This document shows positions 52,455 to 61,558 of a stretch of DNA of 64,000 bases, in pieces (position 1 is the first letter of the stretch; the number at the start of each line of letters is the position of its first letter). Origin of the DNA: an uncultured delta proteobacterium (GTDB lineage: Bacteria > Myxococcota_A > Polyangia > Polyangiales > Polyangiaceae); assembly GCA_963841435.1 (NCBI GenBank), contig CAWJCS010000006.1:608001-672000 (forward strand), given 5' to 3'. Under the pieces are notes generated by a model. The model saw only the letters and a program-made list of their open reading frames with translations, had not been told where the DNA came from and did not search any database. Position numbers and translations under genes: made by a program.

Positions 52455-52721
52455 CTACTTCTGCTTCGACTTCGCGGCAGACGAAGCGATGCGGGAGGTC
52501 ACGCGCCCAGCGGTCTTCTTTGGGACGACGCCCTTGCTGGCGGCGCGGGCGAGAGCGCGCTCGGCCGTCAGCACGAGCTCCTTGGCGCCCGCCTCACCGG
52601 CCTGGATGGCGTGGCGCGCCTTCTTGAGGACCGTACGCAGGGAGCTCTTGACGGCTCGGTTGCGGGCCGTGCGCGTGATGCGCTGACGGTTGCGCTTTTG
52701 GGCGGAGGGATGATTGGCCAT
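52455..52721 (-). CDS. rpsT: 30S ribosomal protein S20
   Basis: MANHPSAQKRNRQ...RNRAVKSSLRT...AASKGVV.KKTA.R..SR. Confidence 0.96.
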   Translation of the reverse strand: MANHPSAQKRNRQRITRTARNRAVKSSLRTVLKKARHAIQAGEAGAKELVLTAERALARAASKGVVPKKTAGRVTSRIASSAAKSKQK

Positions 52722-52731
52722 GGTGTGCTCG

Positions 52732-52899
52732 TCAGGTCGCCTTGCCCGGCTTCGCGTCCGGGGCCTTCGGGTCGTAGCCCTCGGGTTGTAGCGGGAACTT
52801 GGGGGTGCCACCGCGGGCCGCTGCGCGCTTGCGCGCTGCCCCGGCGCCACGCGCGCGAATGTTGCGGCGGCGTTCGGTTTGACGGGTCGAAGAAACCAT
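52732..52899 (-). CDS. Small basic protein (55 aa), not in ORF track, upstream of rpsT
   Basis: MVSSTRQTERRRNIRARGAGAARKRAAARGGTPKFPLQPEGYDPKAPDAKPGKAT; mostly G/C third positions; stop 10 nt before the rpsT ATG. Confidence 0.72.
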   Translation of the reverse strand: MVSSTRQTERRRNIRARGAGAARKRAAARGGTPKFPLQPEGYDPKAPDAKPGKAT

Positions 52900-52921
52900 G
52901 GGGGGGCCTTTGGGGCCCGCG

Positions 52922-52949
52922 ACTATGTCACCAAGCGCCCCATTGTCAA
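52922..52949 (-). promoter_or_regulatory. Sigma-70-type promoter for small ORF-rpsT
   Basis: Minus strand TTGACA, 16 nt, CATAGT, with extended -10 TG. Confidence 0.6.
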
Positions 52950-52993
52950 CAAGGCGCGGGGCCCTGCTCGCCAGGGGGCGGCTCGCGCGGCCC

Positions 52994-54280
52994 TCACGGC
53001 GGCCGGACGGTCACACCCAGGCTGAAGGTCGGCGCCGCGAAGGGCTGCACGCGGGCCTTCCTGAGCGCCGACTCGATGCATGCCGCAGCCGGCGTGCCCT
53101 GCGCGGGCCCCCCGACCGAGACGCTGGAGACCTCTCCGCTCGACCCGAACACGAGGGTGGCGCTCGAGGGTTTGGGCTCGCCCGCGATGCACGAGCGGGC
53201 TGCGCCGAGCACCGCACCCACGGCGGCCTGAGCGGCACCGGCGGACGGGCGATCGGCGATGCCGCTGTCGCGATCGAGCTCCGCTGGCTTGAGCCCCGCG
53301 GGCTCCCGTGTGGTGGGCTTCGGCGTCGCGGTCGCGGCCGGTTGGTCCTCTTCGAGCACGACGCGCTCCGCGGCGACGGCGCGATGGCTCGGCGAGGGCG
53401 CCGCGTGTGCGTCGGCGACCGGGGCGATCGCACGCTCGGGGCGCGGCAGCGCGTCGAGCGCGACACCGCGAGGCTCCGGCGCGGTCGTCGCGACTTCCGC
53501 CGTCGTCCCCTCGACGTACGCCGGCTCGCTGGCTGCGCCCTTGCCCGGTGTGCTCGTCACCGTCGGGCGCGGCCCGCCGAGCGAGGCCGGGGCCGGCTCC
53601 GGTGCGCGGGCCGTAGCGATCGCGACGGTTTGCGGCTGGCGCTGGCTCGCGATGTACAGGCCGAACCCGGCCGCGAGCCCCACGGCGGCGATCGCGACGC
53701 CAATCCACGGTCCGCGAAGATCGGTCACGCGCTGCGCGTGCGCGGGCCTCACCGTCGTCGCGGCTCGGGCCGACGGCGGTGGCGGCGCTTCCGGCGCCGG
53801 CTCTGCCTGCGAACGCTGCTTCGAGGCGAGCGCCAGTGACTCTTTCGCGATGCTCGCCTTCTCGGCCGACCCACGGCGCGCGACCGACGCGCGCGCGAGG
53901 TCGGCAAGACTCACGGTCTCGCGCGCGCTCTCCGGCTCCGCGCCAGCCTTGGCGACGGCACGCGCGGGCTCTGCAGTCGGCGCAGACTCCGCGGTCGCCG
54001 CGAGCTCTGCAGTCGGCGCGAGCTCTGCAGTCGGCGCGAGCTCTGCAGTCGGCGCAGACTCCGCGGTCGGCGCGGGTTTCACCTCGGGTCCCTCCATGGC
54101 CGCCTCGAGCTCCGTGATCGGCGCCGCGAGGAGCGCCTCGTCGGTCTCACCCGCCGCGCCGAGGCGCTCGCCGATGGCCCGCCCGAGCCCGTCCCAGTCC
54201 GGCTCGCGGAGCGGCAGCTCGGCGGCCATGAGCTCGGCGCGCACGATGAGCTCGCGGTCCGGCAAATCGTCGTCGCTCAT
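52994..54280 (-). CDS. Bitopic membrane protein coupled to ECF sigma (putative anti-sigma) with C-terminal TonB-C/AgmX-like domain
   Basis: ATGA overlap with the sigma stop; TM WIGVAIAAVGLAAGFGLYI; ARSC...F..SG.V..V.V.G......ACI...R.ARV.PF. Confidence 0.75.
   Translation of the reverse strand: MSDDDLPDRELIVRAELMAAELPLREPDWDGLGRAIGERLGAAGETDEALLAAPITELEAAMEGPEVKPAPTAESAPTAELAPTAELAPTAELAATAESAPTAEPARAVAKAGAEPESARETVSLADLARASVARRGSAEKASIAKESLALASKQRSQAEPAPEAPPPPSARAATTVRPAHAQRVTDLRGPWIGVAIAAVGLAAGFGLYIASQRQPQTVAIATARAPEPAPASLGGPRPTVTSTPGKGAASEPAYVEGTTAEVATTAPEPRGVALDALPRPERAIAPVADAHAAPSPSHRAVAAERVVLEEDQPAATATPKPTTREPAGLKPAELDRDSGIADRPSAGAAQAAVGAVLGAARSCIAGEPKPSSATLVFGSSGEVSSVSVGGPAQGTPAAACIESALRKARVQPFAAPTFSLGVTVRPP
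53966..54074 (-). repeat. In-frame 18-bp tandem repeat, 6 copies of A(P/A)TAE(S/L/P)
   Basis: APTAES-APTAEL-APTAEL-APTAEL-AATAES-APTAEP; identical gagctctgcagtcggcgc units on the + strand. Confidence 0.9.
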
Positions 54281-54867
54281 GCTTCCTCGAGATCTTGTGT
54301 GTGGCCGCGCGACGCCAGGTAGGCGCGCAGCTTGCGGCGCGCTTCGTGGACCCGCCACGCGATCGTTCCTTCGGGGCAACCGAGCACCTCGGAGGCCTCG
54401 GCGTGCGACAGCCCGTCGATGCCCACCAGAATCAGCGTCGTGCGCAGCGTGTCGCTGAGCTCGTTCATGCCGTCGAGCAACGCGAGAGCGAGCTGTCGAT
54501 CCGCCGTCTGCTCGGCAGGGCTCGCGGGGCTGCCGCGCGCCTCGACGAGCAACCCCTCGATGCGTGAATCATCGGGCGGCGACGACGTGCGTTGCGTCTT
54601 GCGCGAGCGGAGGGCGTTGAGCGACAGGTTGACAGCGATGCGGTAAATCCAAGTGAACGGCTCGCTCCGCCCGTCGAAGCGCGAGAGCGCGCCGTAGGCC
54701 CGCACGAAGGTCTCCTGCGTCACGTCCTCGGCTTCCGAGGCACTGCGTAGGAGGTGAGCCGTGAGGCGGAAGATCCTGCGCTGGTGGCGTCGAACCAGGG
54801 CGCCGAAGGCTTCTGCGTCACCGCCGCGGGCCGCCTCCACCAGCTCTCGGTCGGATTGATGAGGCAT
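54277..54867 (-). CDS. ECF RNA polymerase sigma factor
   Basis: DAEAFGALVRRH, AEDVTQETF, F.TWIYRIAVN, GLSHAEASEVLGCPEGTI..RVHEARRKL. Confidence 0.94.
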   Translation of the reverse strand: MPHQSDRELVEAARGGDAEAFGALVRRHQRRIFRLTAHLLRSASEAEDVTQETFVRAYGALSRFDGRSEPFTWIYRIAVNLSLNALRSRKTQRTSSPPDDSRIEGLLVEARGSPASPAEQTADRQLALALLDGMNELSDTLRTTLILVGIDGLSHAEASEVLGCPEGTIAWRVHEARRKLRAYLASRGHTQDLEEA

Positions 54868-55024
54868 GTGGGCCGCTCTGCGCGGGCGAAAAACCGCACT
54901 CTGCGGCACGAAAAGATAGTTCAACACCAATCGGTTCGACAACCGGCGCGCCGCATTCTTGGCTCCGGGTGCTTTACGCCCCCTTCGCGAGCCCTGCGCC
55001 GCGCTTCCGGCCCCCCGCCCGGCC

Positions 55025-56989
55025 TCAGCTCCCCCCGTCGCCGCCGTCTTCGTCGGCGGCGGCCGAGGGCTCGGGGCCGGCGAGCGACGCGAGCTTGCCC
55101 TTCAAGAGGTCGCCGAGCGTTCCGAAACCGCCCTCGGCCTTGAGCTTCTGGCGGTACTCGCGGTGTGCGCGGCGCTCCTCGTCGTCCTTGTAACCCCGGA
55201 TGCTGAGCTTGGGCTCACCGGAGCGCGGATCGACGTCGAGCACCTTGAGGTCGAGGACCGTGCCCGGCTTGAAGCCCTTCCGGAGGTCGGTGCCGCGCGG
55301 CGTGCCGGTCTGCCCGGCGGGTATGAAGCCCCGGGCGCTGCGACCCGTCACGCCGAGAACGCGCACGACGACGCCGGCGCTCTCGCCCTTGACCACCGCA
55401 GCCTTGATCAGAGCGCCGCGCGCAATTTTCTGACGGGGCTCGTCGGCTTGCTCCGGTGGCGGCGCGAGGTGCACGCCGATCTTCTTGGTACGAACGTCGA
55501 AGTACTGGACGACGACGTCGATGTCCTGGCCGTCCTTGAGTACGTCGCGCGGGTGCTCCACCCGCTCGAACGACAGGTCGGTGACGTGCAGAAGCGCGTC
55601 CATGCCCGGCTCGAGCTCGATGAACGCACCGAACTTCTCGAGCCTGGTCACCTTGCCGGTGTGCCGCGAGCCGATGGCATACTTCTGACGCGCCTGAGCC
55701 CAAGGATCTTCGACGAGTGCCTTGCGGCTCAGCCAGATCTTGCCGCGCTCGTCGATGCCGAGGATCTTCACCTCGATGCGATCGCCGTGCTTGAACGACT
55801 CGGCGAGGTTCGGGCGCGGGTCGTGGCTCGCCTCCGACACGTGAACGAGGCCTTCGACGTTCTCCGCGTCGGGCAGCGCGACGAACACGCCCCACTCGAC
55901 GACCGTGCGCACGACGCCGGCCATCACTTGCCCTTCGTTCAAGAGCCCGAGCGCGTGTTTGCGTCGCTCGTGCGCCTCCGCTTCCAGCATGGGGCGCCGC
56001 GTCACGACCACGTCGCGCCCCGCCTTGTCGAACTGCGCGATCTTGAAGTCGAGGCGCTGCCCGACGAGGGACGCGAAGTTCGCGTTGGCCGGGTGCAGAT
56101 CCAGCCCGGAAGCCGGCGCGAACGCGCGCACACCCCCCACGTCGACCTCGACGCCGCCCTTGATGACGCCCGTGACCAGGCCGGAGACCAGCGTGCCGTC
56201 GTGCGACGCCTGCTCGAGCTTGGGCTTCGTTTCCTCCTCGCGCAGGGGCTTGCGCGTGAGCACGACGAGGCCGCCACGAATGCCGTCGGCGTGCACCCGC
56301 GCCACGAAGCGGTCGCCCGGGGAGGGGACGAGGTCGTCGGCCTCCATCTCGGAGCGGTCGAAGATGGCGAGCGCCTTGCCGGAAAGGTCCACCATCACGG
56401 CGGAGTCGAGCACGGCGGTGACTTTGCCGAACACCTCTTCGCCGACGTGGAACGGAGCGCGATCGCTCGCGCGGTGACGCGCGGGTTGTTTCTTCGCAGG
56501 GCGTTCGCCCCTGGCGGCGCCATCGGCGGAGGCGGCTCCCGCGTGCGCGCCGGGCTTCTTCTTGCGGCGCCGCTTGCGCTTCGCTTTGCTGCCCGGGGCA
56601 CCGGGCGCGACACTCTCGAGCGTCGCGGGCGGCTCGTCGTCGCCCGAGCTTTCCGATCCATCCGAGGCCTCGGACGGTTCGCTCGTGTCGTGCGGGGGCC
56701 TGCTCGTGTCCGCTCCGCCCGGCGCGTTCGGGTCCGCGCCGCTTGGCGTGACCGCAAGAGCCGCGCTCTCGGAGCCACGCTCCGGCGTCGCGTCCGGTGG
56801 CGCGACGTAAGCGGCCGGCTCGGCGCTCACCTGTGCGCCGTCGCTTGCTGGCGCCCCGCTGTCGCCGCCGTCGAGCGCGGGTGGGCCGTGCGACGCCTCT
56901 TGCGAAGAGTCACCGTTCGCGCCGGGCGCGTCCGCCGGCGCCGGGCTCGCCGCGCCGCGGCTTTCGGTTTCGGGCTGGGTCGTGCTCAT
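55025..56989 (-). CDS. S1-domain RNA-binding protein (RpsA-like) with long disordered N-terminus
   Basis: About 5 S1 repeats (RAFAPAS, WGVFV..EGLVHVSE, FGAFIEL..LLHVTDL); C-terminal FGTLGDLL. Confidence 0.88.
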   Translation of the reverse strand: MSTTQPETESRGAASPAPADAPGANGDSSQEASHGPPALDGGDSGAPASDGAQVSAEPAAYVAPPDATPERGSESAALAVTPSGADPNAPGGADTSRPPHDTSEPSEASDGSESSGDDEPPATLESVAPGAPGSKAKRKRRRKKKPGAHAGAASADGAARGERPAKKQPARHRASDRAPFHVGEEVFGKVTAVLDSAVMVDLSGKALAIFDRSEMEADDLVPSPGDRFVARVHADGIRGGLVVLTRKPLREEETKPKLEQASHDGTLVSGLVTGVIKGGVEVDVGGVRAFAPASGLDLHPANANFASLVGQRLDFKIAQFDKAGRDVVVTRRPMLEAEAHERRKHALGLLNEGQVMAGVVRTVVEWGVFVALPDAENVEGLVHVSEASHDPRPNLAESFKHGDRIEVKILGIDERGKIWLSRKALVEDPWAQARQKYAIGSRHTGKVTRLEKFGAFIELEPGMDALLHVTDLSFERVEHPRDVLKDGQDIDVVVQYFDVRTKKIGVHLAPPPEQADEPRQKIARGALIKAAVVKGESAGVVVRVLGVTGRSARGFIPAGQTGTPRGTDLRKGFKPGTVLDLKVLDVDPRSGEPKLSIRGYKDDEERRAHREYRQKLKAEGGFGTLGDLLKGKLASLAGPEPSAAADEDGGDGGS

Positions 56990-57058
56990 GGTCGTCGCGG
57001 CGCTGGGGCTATAGCCTGCCTCTATTGTCCTGCCAACGCGGGCGAGCGAAAGGCCTCA

Positions 57059-57931
57059 TCAGCGCGTGATCGGTAGCCGGCGGTTCACGCCGCCGCTGCG
57101 GTCGATCCCCACCACGGCCGCGCCGCCTTGGCGTCGCAGCTCTGCCACGAGGCTCTCGGCGACCGCTAAAAAAGCCTTGCCGGAGGCCGAGCCAGGCGCC
57201 GCCTCGACGACGGGTGTCCCGGCGTCGCCCCATTCGCGGATGCTCTGCTCGAGGGGGATCTGCCCGAGCAGGGGCGCCCCGGCGAAGTCCGCGATGCGCT
57301 GCCCGCCGCCCGTGCCGAAGGGCTCGTGACGTTTGCTGCAGCCGTCGCAGATGAAATAGCTTTCGTTCTCGACCACCCCGAGCACGGGAATGCCGACCTT
57401 CTTCGCCATGCTCACCGACTTGTAAACGTCCTGCAGCGCGACGTCCTGAGGGGTCGTCACGATGACGGCACCCGTGCTCCGTACGCGTTGCGCGAGCGTG
57501 AGGGCGATGTCGCCCGTGCCTGGCGGCAGGTCGAGCAGGAGCACGTCGAGCTTGCCCCACGCGACGTCTTTCAGGAACTGGAGCAACGCGCCGTGCAGCA
57601 TCGGACCACGCCACACGACGGCGGCTTTCGGGTCGTCGAGCAGGAAACCGATGCTCATCAGCTTGATGCCGTGACGCTCGGGCGGCACGATTTTCTGGCC
57701 GTCCGTCTGCGGCTGACCGTGCACGCCGAACATCGTGGGGATGCTCGGCCCGTAGATATCGGCGTCGAGCAGGCCGACGCTCGCGCCGAGGCGCTTGAGC
57801 GCGAGCGCCAGGTTGGACGCCACCGTGCTCTTGCCCACACCGCCCTTACCGCTCATCACGAGCACGACGGCGCGCGCCTCCGGCACCGGATCGTCGGCGG
57901 CGACTTCGCGCTCCGGAAGCTCGAACGGCAT
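57059..57931 (-). CDS. mrp: Mrp/NBP35 Fe-S cluster carrier ATPase
   Basis: SGKGGVGKST, DADIYGPS, WRGPM, DLPPGTGD, CDGC. Confidence 0.94.
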   Translation of the reverse strand: MPFELPEREVAADDPVPEARAVVLVMSGKGGVGKSTVASNLALALKRLGASVGLLDADIYGPSIPTMFGVHGQPQTDGQKIVPPERHGIKLMSIGFLLDDPKAAVVWRGPMLHGALLQFLKDVAWGKLDVLLLDLPPGTGDIALTLAQRVRSTGAVIVTTPQDVALQDVYKSVSMAKKVGIPVLGVVENESYFICDGCSKRHEPFGTGGGQRIADFAGAPLLGQIPLEQSIREWGDAGTPVVEAAPGSASGKAFLAVAESLVAELRRQGGAAVVGIDRSGGVNRRLPITR

Positions 57932-57937
57932 GGGCGC

Positions 57938-57966
57938 TCCGTAGGCCCAGGTGCCGGTGCTGTCAA
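57938..57966 (-). promoter_or_regulatory. Sigma-70-type promoter placing +1 at the mrp start (leaderless)
   Basis: TTGACA, 17 nt, TACGGA, then 6 nt to ATG 57931. Confidence 0.5.
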
Positions 57967-58331
57967 ACGCAGCGATTTCCCGCCGCCGGCGTGGGGCGCG
58001 CACGAAATATCGACCGCCCCCGGCGATGCCAAATCGACACAACCGGACATCGGGCGTCGCGGGGAGCGCGGTTTCAACACGACTCGATCCGAGAAGCGCG
58101 GGAGAGCGCGAGAGGGCCACGTGGCGCTCCTCGTCGCGCCGGCCCCCCGACCGAGCAAATGTCGGTAAATGTCGGACGTTTGCGCCACGAGCAAACTCTT
58201 GGCAAACGCCGAGCGAAGCTGGCTATCCTGCCGAATTGCGGCGCGGGTTGCATCGCCCCGCCGACAATTCCGTCGAACACTCGGGTCCGAACCTTCGTCG
58301 GACGAACATGAGACGCACAAGGAGCACTTGC

Positions 58332-59531
58332 ATGACGTATTTCCGTGGATTGAGGTTCATGGCTGGACCGGTGGCAGCGGCCGTTCTTTCGGCGCCGCTG
58401 TTCGTGGGGTGCGGTGGGGACGGCAACAGCCTGACCGGGGGCTGCGAGGCGGACATCGCGGCGAAGGCGGACGCCTTCTCGGCGTCGGTCAACGCGCTCG
58501 CGTCCGTGTCGGCGCAGATGAAGGCGAGCCTGTACGTGGCCTGCGCCCACATCGCAACCGATCTGAATGCCACCGACGCGCCCGATCCGTCGGCCACTGG
58601 TGTGAGTGACGACGAGCTCACGGGGGCCTGCAACCTCGCCGCCAGCGCCATCGCGAGCGCCAAGGCAAGCGTGCAGGGAAGCCTGGAGGTCATCTACGTT
58701 CCGCCGAAGTGCGAGGTCGCCGCTTCCGCCCAGCTCAACTGCGAGGCCAGCTGCAACGTCAACGCACAGTGCCAGCCTGGCAGCGTGGAAGTGCGCTGCG
58801 ATCCCGGTGAGATCAGCGGCAAGTGCGAGGGCACCTGCGAGGGCTCGATCTCGTGCGAGGGAAGCGCCACCGTCGCCGCGAAGTGCGAAGGCACCTGCGC
58901 TGCCGAGTGCACGGGCACCTGCGAGGGGACCTGCAAGGGTTCTTGCGACGGCACCTGCTCGGCCATGGATGGCGAGGGCAACTGCGCCGGCACCTGCGAC
59001 GGCGAGTGCACGGGCTCGTGCAGCGCGAAGTGCACCGGCACCTGTTCGGGCTCGTGCGAGCTCGACGCTAACGCGAGCGTCACGTGCGATGCCCAGGCCT
59101 CCTGCAAGGGCGGCTGCTCGGTCGCGTACAAGGAGCCGAAGTGCGAGGGCGAGCTCCAGCCGCCGAGCTGCGACATCGACGCCGACTGCGAAGCCGGTTG
59201 CAAGGGCCAGGCGCAGTTCAAGGCGACCTGCACGAAGCCGGAGGTGTCGGTCGTCGCGATGGGCAGCGCGGAGCTGAGCGCGACGCTCGAGGCGAACATG
59301 CCTGCCATCTTCCAGGTCGCCGCTCAGGCCGAGCTCGTCGTCGATGCGGCGGCGGACGTGGCGGCGCGCGCGGCGGCAGTCGGTGGCGAGGTCGCTGCTA
59401 GCGTGAGCTGCGTCGCCGACTACGGCGCGGGCTTCGTGGCAGAGCTCCAGGCGTCGGCGCAGGCGTCGGCGTCGGTGAGCGTGTCGGTCATGGCGAGCGC
59501 GTCGGTGAGCGGCGAGGCCACCTCGAGCTGA
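58332..59531 (+). CDS. Cys-rich lipoprotein with CxGxC tetrapeptide repeats
   Basis: AGGAG RBS; FVGC lipobox; CEGTCEG/CTGTCSGSC run flanked by Ala-rich helices. Confidence 0.85.
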   Translation: MTYFRGLRFMAGPVAAAVLSAPLFVGCGGDGNSLTGGCEADIAAKADAFSASVNALASVSAQMKASLYVACAHIATDLNATDAPDPSATGVSDDELTGACNLAASAIASAKASVQGSLEVIYVPPKCEVAASAQLNCEASCNVNAQCQPGSVEVRCDPGEISGKCEGTCEGSISCEGSATVAAKCEGTCAAECTGTCEGTCKGSCDGTCSAMDGEGNCAGTCDGECTGSCSAKCTGTCSGSCELDANASVTCDAQASCKGGCSVAYKEPKCEGELQPPSCDIDADCEAGCKGQAQFKATCTKPEVSVVAMGSAELSATLEANMPAIFQVAAQAELVVDAAADVAARAAAVGGEVAASVSCVADYGAGFVAELQASAQASASVSVSVMASASVSGEATSS

Positions 59532-59645
59532 GGCACCGCGCGTTAGCGGAGCGTGACGAGCCCGCGGCCGCCCCGAGGGGGTCGACCGCGGGCTCACTCC
59601 CGCCGCGCGAAGCTCGCGCGCGAACGGGGAGGTGACCGAGCCTCG

Positions 59646-60764
59646 CTAATTGTTCCAGCAGCCGGACTGCTGGGACGCGAGCGGCGAGCTGCCGTTTGCG
59701 TCGCCCGCGAAGCAGTGCTTCGCGAGGACGCTCGTCTGATTGTTGGGGTCGTCGTAGCAGAGCATCGCCACGCCACCCGGGCTGTTCGGGCAGCCGTTCG
59801 CGCCGTCGCAGACGCCTTGAGTGCTCCTGATGCCTTCGCAGCTGCAGCTCACGTCGAGATCGACGCACCAGCGCTCGCCCGTGAACGTGGAGCCCGTGCA
59901 GAGTCCCGTCGGGCAGTCGGCGTTCCGGACGCAGGGCTCGCAGCTCTTGCCGCTGCCGTGGCACGCGCCGAAGCGATGGGCACAGGTGGCGACACCGAGC
60001 GTCTCGTCCCAGACGCCGCACTCCGTCGCCGCGCCCCAGGGGCAGGAGTCGGTCATGGGGTCACAGAGCTTCGTGCAGATTTTCTCGCCCGAGGCGTCGC
60101 GCGCGCAGATCTGGTCGGGTAGCGCGAGGCAGTCCGAGTCCTTCTCACAGCTTGCACAGAAGCCTCGCCGCACGCAAAAGTTCGCGACCTCGGTCTCGCT
60201 CAGGCGCACGCGATCGCAGATCAGCCCAGCGGGGCATTGGTCGTCGCTCTCGCAAGGGGCGCTGCAGTACGAGTCGAGGTCGCCCTCGCCCGCTCCGAGG
60301 CACAAGAAGCCCGCGGCCTGGTTGCACTCGGTATTGGTCGGGCAGCGCGTGTAGTACTCACCGCTCGGGAGCGGCGTTGACGACGGCGCGCAAAACGTGC
60401 CGAGCATGCCCCGACCGGACACCATGAGCGTCTCGCACGTTCCCGCGCCCGCGCAGTCGAAGTGCGTGTGGCACGGATGGCGGCACTGCTCAGCGACGCA
60501 CGCGAACCCGTGAGCGGTGTCGCACGTTGCGTCGGAGGAGCATGGATTGAAGCGACCGCTGCCGCCGCCCGAGCCGCCCGTGCTCCCGGGCGACGCTGTA
60601 TCGATGCCCTCGCAGCTCGGGTCGAGACACGCGTTCGGACAGGCGTTACCGATGCACGGCTCGCTCGAGCAGCCAGCGGCTGAAACACCGGTGACTCCGA
60701 GCACGAGGAAAACCCCGAAGAGGGCGCTCCGCTCGCGCTCGAAGCGCCACTTCCGCTCGGTCAT
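59646..60764 (-). CDS. Cys-rich lipoprotein (repeated CxxDxxC modules)
   Basis: AAGC lipobox; PCESDDQCPAGLIC, PCVRNADCPTGLC and similar modules. Confidence 0.85.
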   Translation of the reverse strand: MTERKWRFERERSALFGVFLVLGVTGVSAAGCSSEPCIGNACPNACLDPSCEGIDTASPGSTGGSGGGSGRFNPCSSDATCDTAHGFACVAEQCRHPCHTHFDCAGAGTCETLMVSGRGMLGTFCAPSSTPLPSGEYYTRCPTNTECNQAAGFLCLGAGEGDLDSYCSAPCESDDQCPAGLICDRVRLSETEVANFCVRRGFCASCEKDSDCLALPDQICARDASGEKICTKLCDPMTDSCPWGAATECGVWDETLGVATCAHRFGACHGSGKSCEPCVRNADCPTGLCTGSTFTGERWCVDLDVSCSCEGIRSTQGVCDGANGCPNSPGGVAMLCYDDPNNQTSVLAKHCFAGDANGSSPLASQQSGCWNN

Positions 60765-60806
60765 CGGTGGAAGCTTCCGCTACCACAGGTTGGCATTCAA
60801 GGGCAC

Positions 60807-60834
60807 TTGACCCCCGGGTGGGCGACTATAAGAT
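60807..60834 (+). promoter_or_regulatory. Sigma-70-type promoter, probably leaderless
   Basis: TTGACC, 16 nt, TAAGAT, then 7 nt to ATG 60842. Confidence 0.5.
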
Positions 60835-60841
60835 TTGAGTT

Positions 60842-61558
60842 ATGGCGCTTCGGGTGTGGCCGGCCTTGCTTGCGCTCGCGCTCGCCCCCGCGTGCTCGAG
60901 CGAGCCGCTCGCGCCGGGCACGAGCAGCGTGGTCGCGGAGCCTCAGGCGACGGCCACGTCCACGCCGCCGCCGGCCGACACGTCGGCCTTCCAGCCGCTC
61001 GCCGACTATCCGCCCGGGCCCTACGGCCGCGGCGTCGGCGCGGTGATCCAAAACCTGACCTTCCTCGGCTGGCGTGATCCAGTGGCGGCCGGCTACGACG
61101 CGGCGCTGCTCGAGACGGTGAGCTTGTCGGATTTTTACGATCCGACGGGCACCCGCACGAAGATCATCGTGCTGAACGCCTCCGCCGTTTGGTGCTCCGT
61201 GTGCCGTACCGAGATGCACGACATCCAGCGTGACGGCACTTACCAGGCGTACCTCGCGCGCGGCGCGCAGCTCATCGGGGCGCTGTTCGAGGACGAGCTC
61301 GGCGGGCCCGCCGCGCCGAAGGATCTCTCGCTCTGGGGCGCGGCGTCCGTGCGCGCCATCGAGTTTCCCATGCTGCTCGATCCCGGCTTCAAAACCGGCG
61401 TCTACTTCACCTCGGATGCCACGCCGATGAACCTGCTCATCGACGCCACGACCATGCGCATCGTCAACGTGATGATGGGCTACGACGCGACGCCGGGATC
61501 AGGCCTCTGGGGAATGGTCGATCGAGAGCTCGCGCGGCGGGCCGCCGCCGCGCCGTGA
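60842..61558 (+). CDS. Thioredoxin-fold (redoxin) lipoprotein
   Basis: LAPAC lipobox; VSLSDFYDP; AVWCSVC; FPMLLDP; cis-Pro TPMN. Confidence 0.85.
   Translation: MALRVWPALLALALAPACSSEPLAPGTSSVVAEPQATATSTPPPADTSAFQPLADYPPGPYGRGVGAVIQNLTFLGWRDPVAAGYDAALLETVSLSDFYDPTGTRTKIIVLNASAVWCSVCRTEMHDIQRDGTYQAYLARGAQLIGALFEDELGGPAAPKDLSLWGAASVRAIEFPMLLDPGFKTGVYFTSDATPMNLLIDATTMRIVNVMMGYDATPGSGLWGMVDRELARRAAAAP

Noticed and set aside
52722-52915. Long structured rpsT leader RNA or tRNA
   Set aside because: No cloverleaf or T-loop signature; the region is better explained by the 55-codon ORF.
53966-54074. CRISPR array
   Set aside because: The 18-bp units are contiguous, in-frame, have no spacers, and no cas genes are present.
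57932-58120. N-terminal extension of Mrp
   Set aside because: It is not coding-like, and a TTGACA-17-TACGGA promoter inside it points to ATG 57931.
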